Origin: an uncultured Bacteroidales bacterium | GTDB lineage: Bacteria; Bacteroidota; Bacteroidia; Bacteroidales; Muribaculaceae | NCBI GenBank assembly: GCA_958418815.1 | Contig: CATZGB010000015.1 | Location: 113-64,112, forward strand | Direction of reading: 5' to 3' | DNA: 64,000 bases | Part shown: positions 61,727-64,000 of the stretch, one piece after another | Position numbering within the stretch: position 1 is the first letter of the stretch | How the letters are laid out: the number at the start of each line of letters is the position of its first letter | Notes under the pieces: model-generated | What the model was told of the DNA's origin: nothing | Database searches by the model: none | The model's input: the letters and a program-made list of their open reading frames with translations, nothing else | Program-made: the position numbers and the translations under genes

Positions 61727-63697
61727 GTGATGGATGTTTTCGTGAATGGCAAGCCGGTGGCCTTGAAATCCGGCACATCTTTTGATTTCGTGGCCGAGAA
61801 CCGCCTGTTCTCCGGAAGCGACGGTTACTCGCTGGCTATAACGTTCCCCCTGCGGGGGTGTCCGGAGAACCTCGCGGTCTTCGGCAACATCCACCGTCCA
61901 GACGTGGCAGCCGGCAAGGTGGTGTTTGACTGCGAGGTGCGAGACGTGGCTTTCCACCGATTCGGGTCGCTGGCCGTGACCTCAATCTCTGAGACCGAGG
62001 TCGAGGCGCAGTTTCTCGAGGGGAGGTCTGAGCAGAACTTCTCGCAGACGTTCGACAACACCTATGTCGACGAGCTCGACCTGGGGCGCGCCAACAGCCT
62101 CGGCCAGGTCGTCGAGGGAGGGCACGACCCGGAGGATGACAGCTTCTCGTTCGGCTCGGGCGACTCGCTGCGCCCCGGGGGTGGCTCAGGGGCTGCCTCG
62201 GGCCTCTCCCCCGTGCAGGCCTGGACGAGGGGAGTGGCCGATTTGACCTGCGTGGCGCTCCCCTGGGTCAACGACACCAACGGCGCGCCGCAGAACTTCG
62301 CCGAGTGGGACGGACGGGATTACTCCTGGGCCGACGGCGTGGTCTCCCTCTCGTGGCAGCCTTACCTGATATTCATCGCCAGGAGGATTTGCGGCGCGGT
62401 GGGCTACACCTGCGACTTCCGCCCCTGGGAGGAGGATGAGTCAAAGGCATACCTGCTGGTGTGCAACGTCCTCCCGGCCATCCTGGGGCAGTTTGAGTTC
62501 TCGAAGGCGTTGCCCCACTGGACGGTGGCGGAGTTCTTCGAGCGTCTGGAGCTGCTGCTTGAGGGGGAATTCGACATCGACCACCGCGCGAGGTCGGTCA
62601 CGTTCAGTTTCTCGCGCGACGTGCTGGCCACCATCGAGGATGTGTGCCTCGAGGATGTCGTCGACCAGCACACGGTGGCCGTGCAGGTCGAGTCGCCAGA
62701 TTGCGACTATCTCTACGCCAAGAACCTCAAGTATTCCGACGGCGGCTACAAGCTGTGGAACTACTACTCGTGCGACTGGCTGATGGAGCGCGTGGCCCAC
62801 GTCCCGTCGGTTAATTCCGTGTGGCCTGCCGGGAAAATCGCGGCGACGGCCTACGACACACTCCAGCAGCTGCTCGATGACAACTGGAGGCTCAGGGAAT
62901 GGACTGGCGGGGCCGACCGGCAGTCAAACCGCCAGCGCCTTATGTACGCCGCCGACGTTGACATGTATTTCATATGCCGTCCGGTTTCAAAGGAGCTTGT
63001 CGATGACAAGGGCAGGTATTACAACCGTTACGCCTGTGTGCTGCAGCCGGTCAACATCTTCGGCGCGCGGATAATGGACGAGTCAGACGACGCGGAGGCT
63101 GAGGAGATTGATTTCATCCCGGCGCGTGTCGACTTCACGGAGCCGAAATACGGGTGGTGCCTGTTCGTCGACGTGGGCGACGGCTCTGTCGACTCCGGCG
63201 CGGACGTGGAGCTGCCGCCAAGCTCGTCATCCGACATGAAGTCGTATTTCGAGAACCTGTTCCAGCTCACTCAGTACCAGTATGTCCTCGAGAGGGGGGA
63301 GGTGGCGGCGGCCCAGTATTTCGACAAGATTTACATCGCCTACTGGGACGGGGCCCTCCAGATGGACGGCCTGCTGCCGTTCCCGTTCGTGGAGAATGTG
63401 GTGGTCGCCTCCGACTGGCGCTCTTATTACCTGCCCCGGTTCTCCCTCCGGCTCAACGACCGTAACGCGTTCAGCAAGGAGAAGGTCACGCGGATCAACC
63501 CGACCCAGAAGTTCACTTTCAGTTTCCTCGCCGGGTCGGCGGCCAACGCCTCCGGGCCAGTCAGGGGGATTCCGAATCCCCGCGCGATGTTCTTCATCAG
63601 GGGGAAGAAATATGTGTGCGCACAGATAACGGCGACGTTCACGGAGGACGGGATGTCGCAGCTGCTTAAGGGGGATTTCTACCGTGTGGCCGAGTAG
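61727..63697 (+). CDS. Tail protein downstream of tape measure (distal-tail/baseplate candidate)
   Basis: 656-aa ORF directly after the TMP. The call rests on position only. Confidence 0.5.
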   Translation: MMDVFVNGKPVALKSGTSFDFVAENRLFSGSDGYSLAITFPLRGCPENLAVFGNIHRPDVAAGKVVFDCEVRDVAFHRFGSLAVTSISETEVEAQFLEGRSEQNFSQTFDNTYVDELDLGRANSLGQVVEGGHDPEDDSFSFGSGDSLRPGGGSGAASGLSPVQAWTRGVADLTCVALPWVNDTNGAPQNFAEWDGRDYSWADGVVSLSWQPYLIFIARRICGAVGYTCDFRPWEEDESKAYLLVCNVLPAILGQFEFSKALPHWTVAEFFERLELLLEGEFDIDHRARSVTFSFSRDVLATIEDVCLEDVVDQHTVAVQVESPDCDYLYAKNLKYSDGGYKLWNYYSCDWLMERVAHVPSVNSVWPAGKIAATAYDTLQQLLDDNWRLREWTGGADRQSNRQRLMYAADVDMYFICRPVSKELVDDKGRYYNRYACVLQPVNIFGARIMDESDDAEAEEIDFIPARVDFTEPKYGWCLFVDVGDGSVDSGADVELPPSSSSDMKSYFENLFQLTQYQYVLERGEVAAAQYFDKIYIAYWDGALQMDGLLPFPFVENVVVASDWRSYYLPRFSLRLNDRNAFSKEKVTRINPTQKFTFSFLAGSAANASGPVRGIPNPRAMFFIRGKKYVCAQITATFTEDGMSQLLKGDFYRVAE

Positions 63698-63887
63698 ACG
63701 CGACATCTCAATCTTCTCCAATGTTGGCGAGATCTTTCGCTATCACCGCCCGGGCATCCGGCCATCCGACATGTTGCCGCGCCTCGGCCTTGACCCGGTG
63801 ACTTCCATCTGTGAGGCTTCCGACAATTTGCGGTCGGGAACGGCCTCGGCTGACTGGATGGATGCGCTCCTCCCTCCCTCACGATGA
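63684..63887 (+). CDS. Possible small ORF (GTG start) overlapping the end of the tail gene
   Basis: 67 codons with GC3-rich codons. There is no other support. Confidence 0.3.
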   Translation: MWPSRRDISIFSNVGEIFRYHRPGIRPSDMLPRLGLDPVTSICEASDNLRSGTASADWMDALLPPSR

Positions 63888-63958
63888 GAAATCCTGAAAA
63901 ATTGTCTTGTCCTCATATTTTTCCTGTCGGAAAATTTGGCAATTAATAGTAAAATTAC

Positions 63959-63966
63959 TATCTTTG
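63959..63966 (+). promoter_or_regulatory. -7 box TATCTTTG in AT-rich spacer
   Basis: TAnnTTTG match about 29 nt upstream of an ATG at 63995. Confidence 0.45.
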
Positions 63967-63994
63967 CAGTGTCCAATTAAAAGAGAACATTGAT

Positions 63995-64000
63995 ATGAAA
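63995..64000 (+). CDS. 5' end of an unidentified ORF truncated by the window edge
   Basis: ATGAAA follows a promoter-like box. Only two codons are visible. Confidence 0.25.

Larger units (their letters stand above)
25372..64000. mobile_element. Tailed-phage genome (prophage); left end approximate, right end not defined in window
   Basis: Contiguous phage modules: repressor/Cro switch, primase-helicase, prohead protease, capsid, terminase, portal, endolysin, spanin and tape measure. Nearly all are co-oriented. No integrase or att repeat was found in the window. Confidence 0.85.

Noticed and set aside
1-64000. rRNA genes, IS elements/transposases, integrons, restriction-modification or known multi-gene defence systems
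   Set aside because: None of the ORF translations show transposase, integrase, methyltransferase, Cas, RT, STAND/AAA-nuclease or similar signatures. No rRNA-like sequence was noticed.

Overview
The window has two parts. (1) About 1-25.3 kb is ordinary Bacteroidales-type chromosome. The taxon guess rests on many TAnnTTTG -7 promoter boxes, GC3-rich codon usage and the conserved dnaN-exonuclease-coaBC-DUF4835-recN block. It carries tRNA-Lys(UUU), a class A beta-lactamase, Fe/Mn SOD, a Pif1-like helicase with a TPR tail, an outer-membrane barrel next to an odd aromatic/Gly-rich secreted protein, an HdeD-like protein, MutS2, Ogt, RlmB, a porin, a U32 peptidase, pta-ackA and lgt. (2) From about 25.4 kb to at least 63.9 kb lies a tailed-phage genome, presumably a prophage. 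It has a divergent XRE repressor/Cro-like switch, a LuxR-type regulator, a primase-helicase, a ClpP-type prohead protease, capsid, terminase, portal, an M15 endolysin, a u-spanin-like protein, two toxin-antitoxin morons (DUF4160/DUF2442 and HicAB) and a 1528-aa tape measure protein. No integrase or att site is visible, so the right end is undefined. The most unusual signal is a roughly 1-kb cassette present twice in direct orientation (32.58-33.58 kb and 55.61-56.63 kb). Each copy holds two tandem promoter-to-U-run units of about 170 nt. These have interleaved long-range helices that covary between copies. A third complementary segment abuts the start codon of the next ORF. An 85-codon two-TM ORF follows, then an ATGA-coupled partner of about 65 codons. 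I cannot assign this cassette to any RNA family or system I know. Other points worth a second look: a G6-tract frameshift splitting a phage gene, a hairpin-dense 0.5-kb ORF-free leader in front of the tape measure gene, and a GC-rich structured plus AT-rich iteron-like non-coding block at 33.95-34.63 kb. All calls come from reading the sequence and ORF translations. No database search was run.
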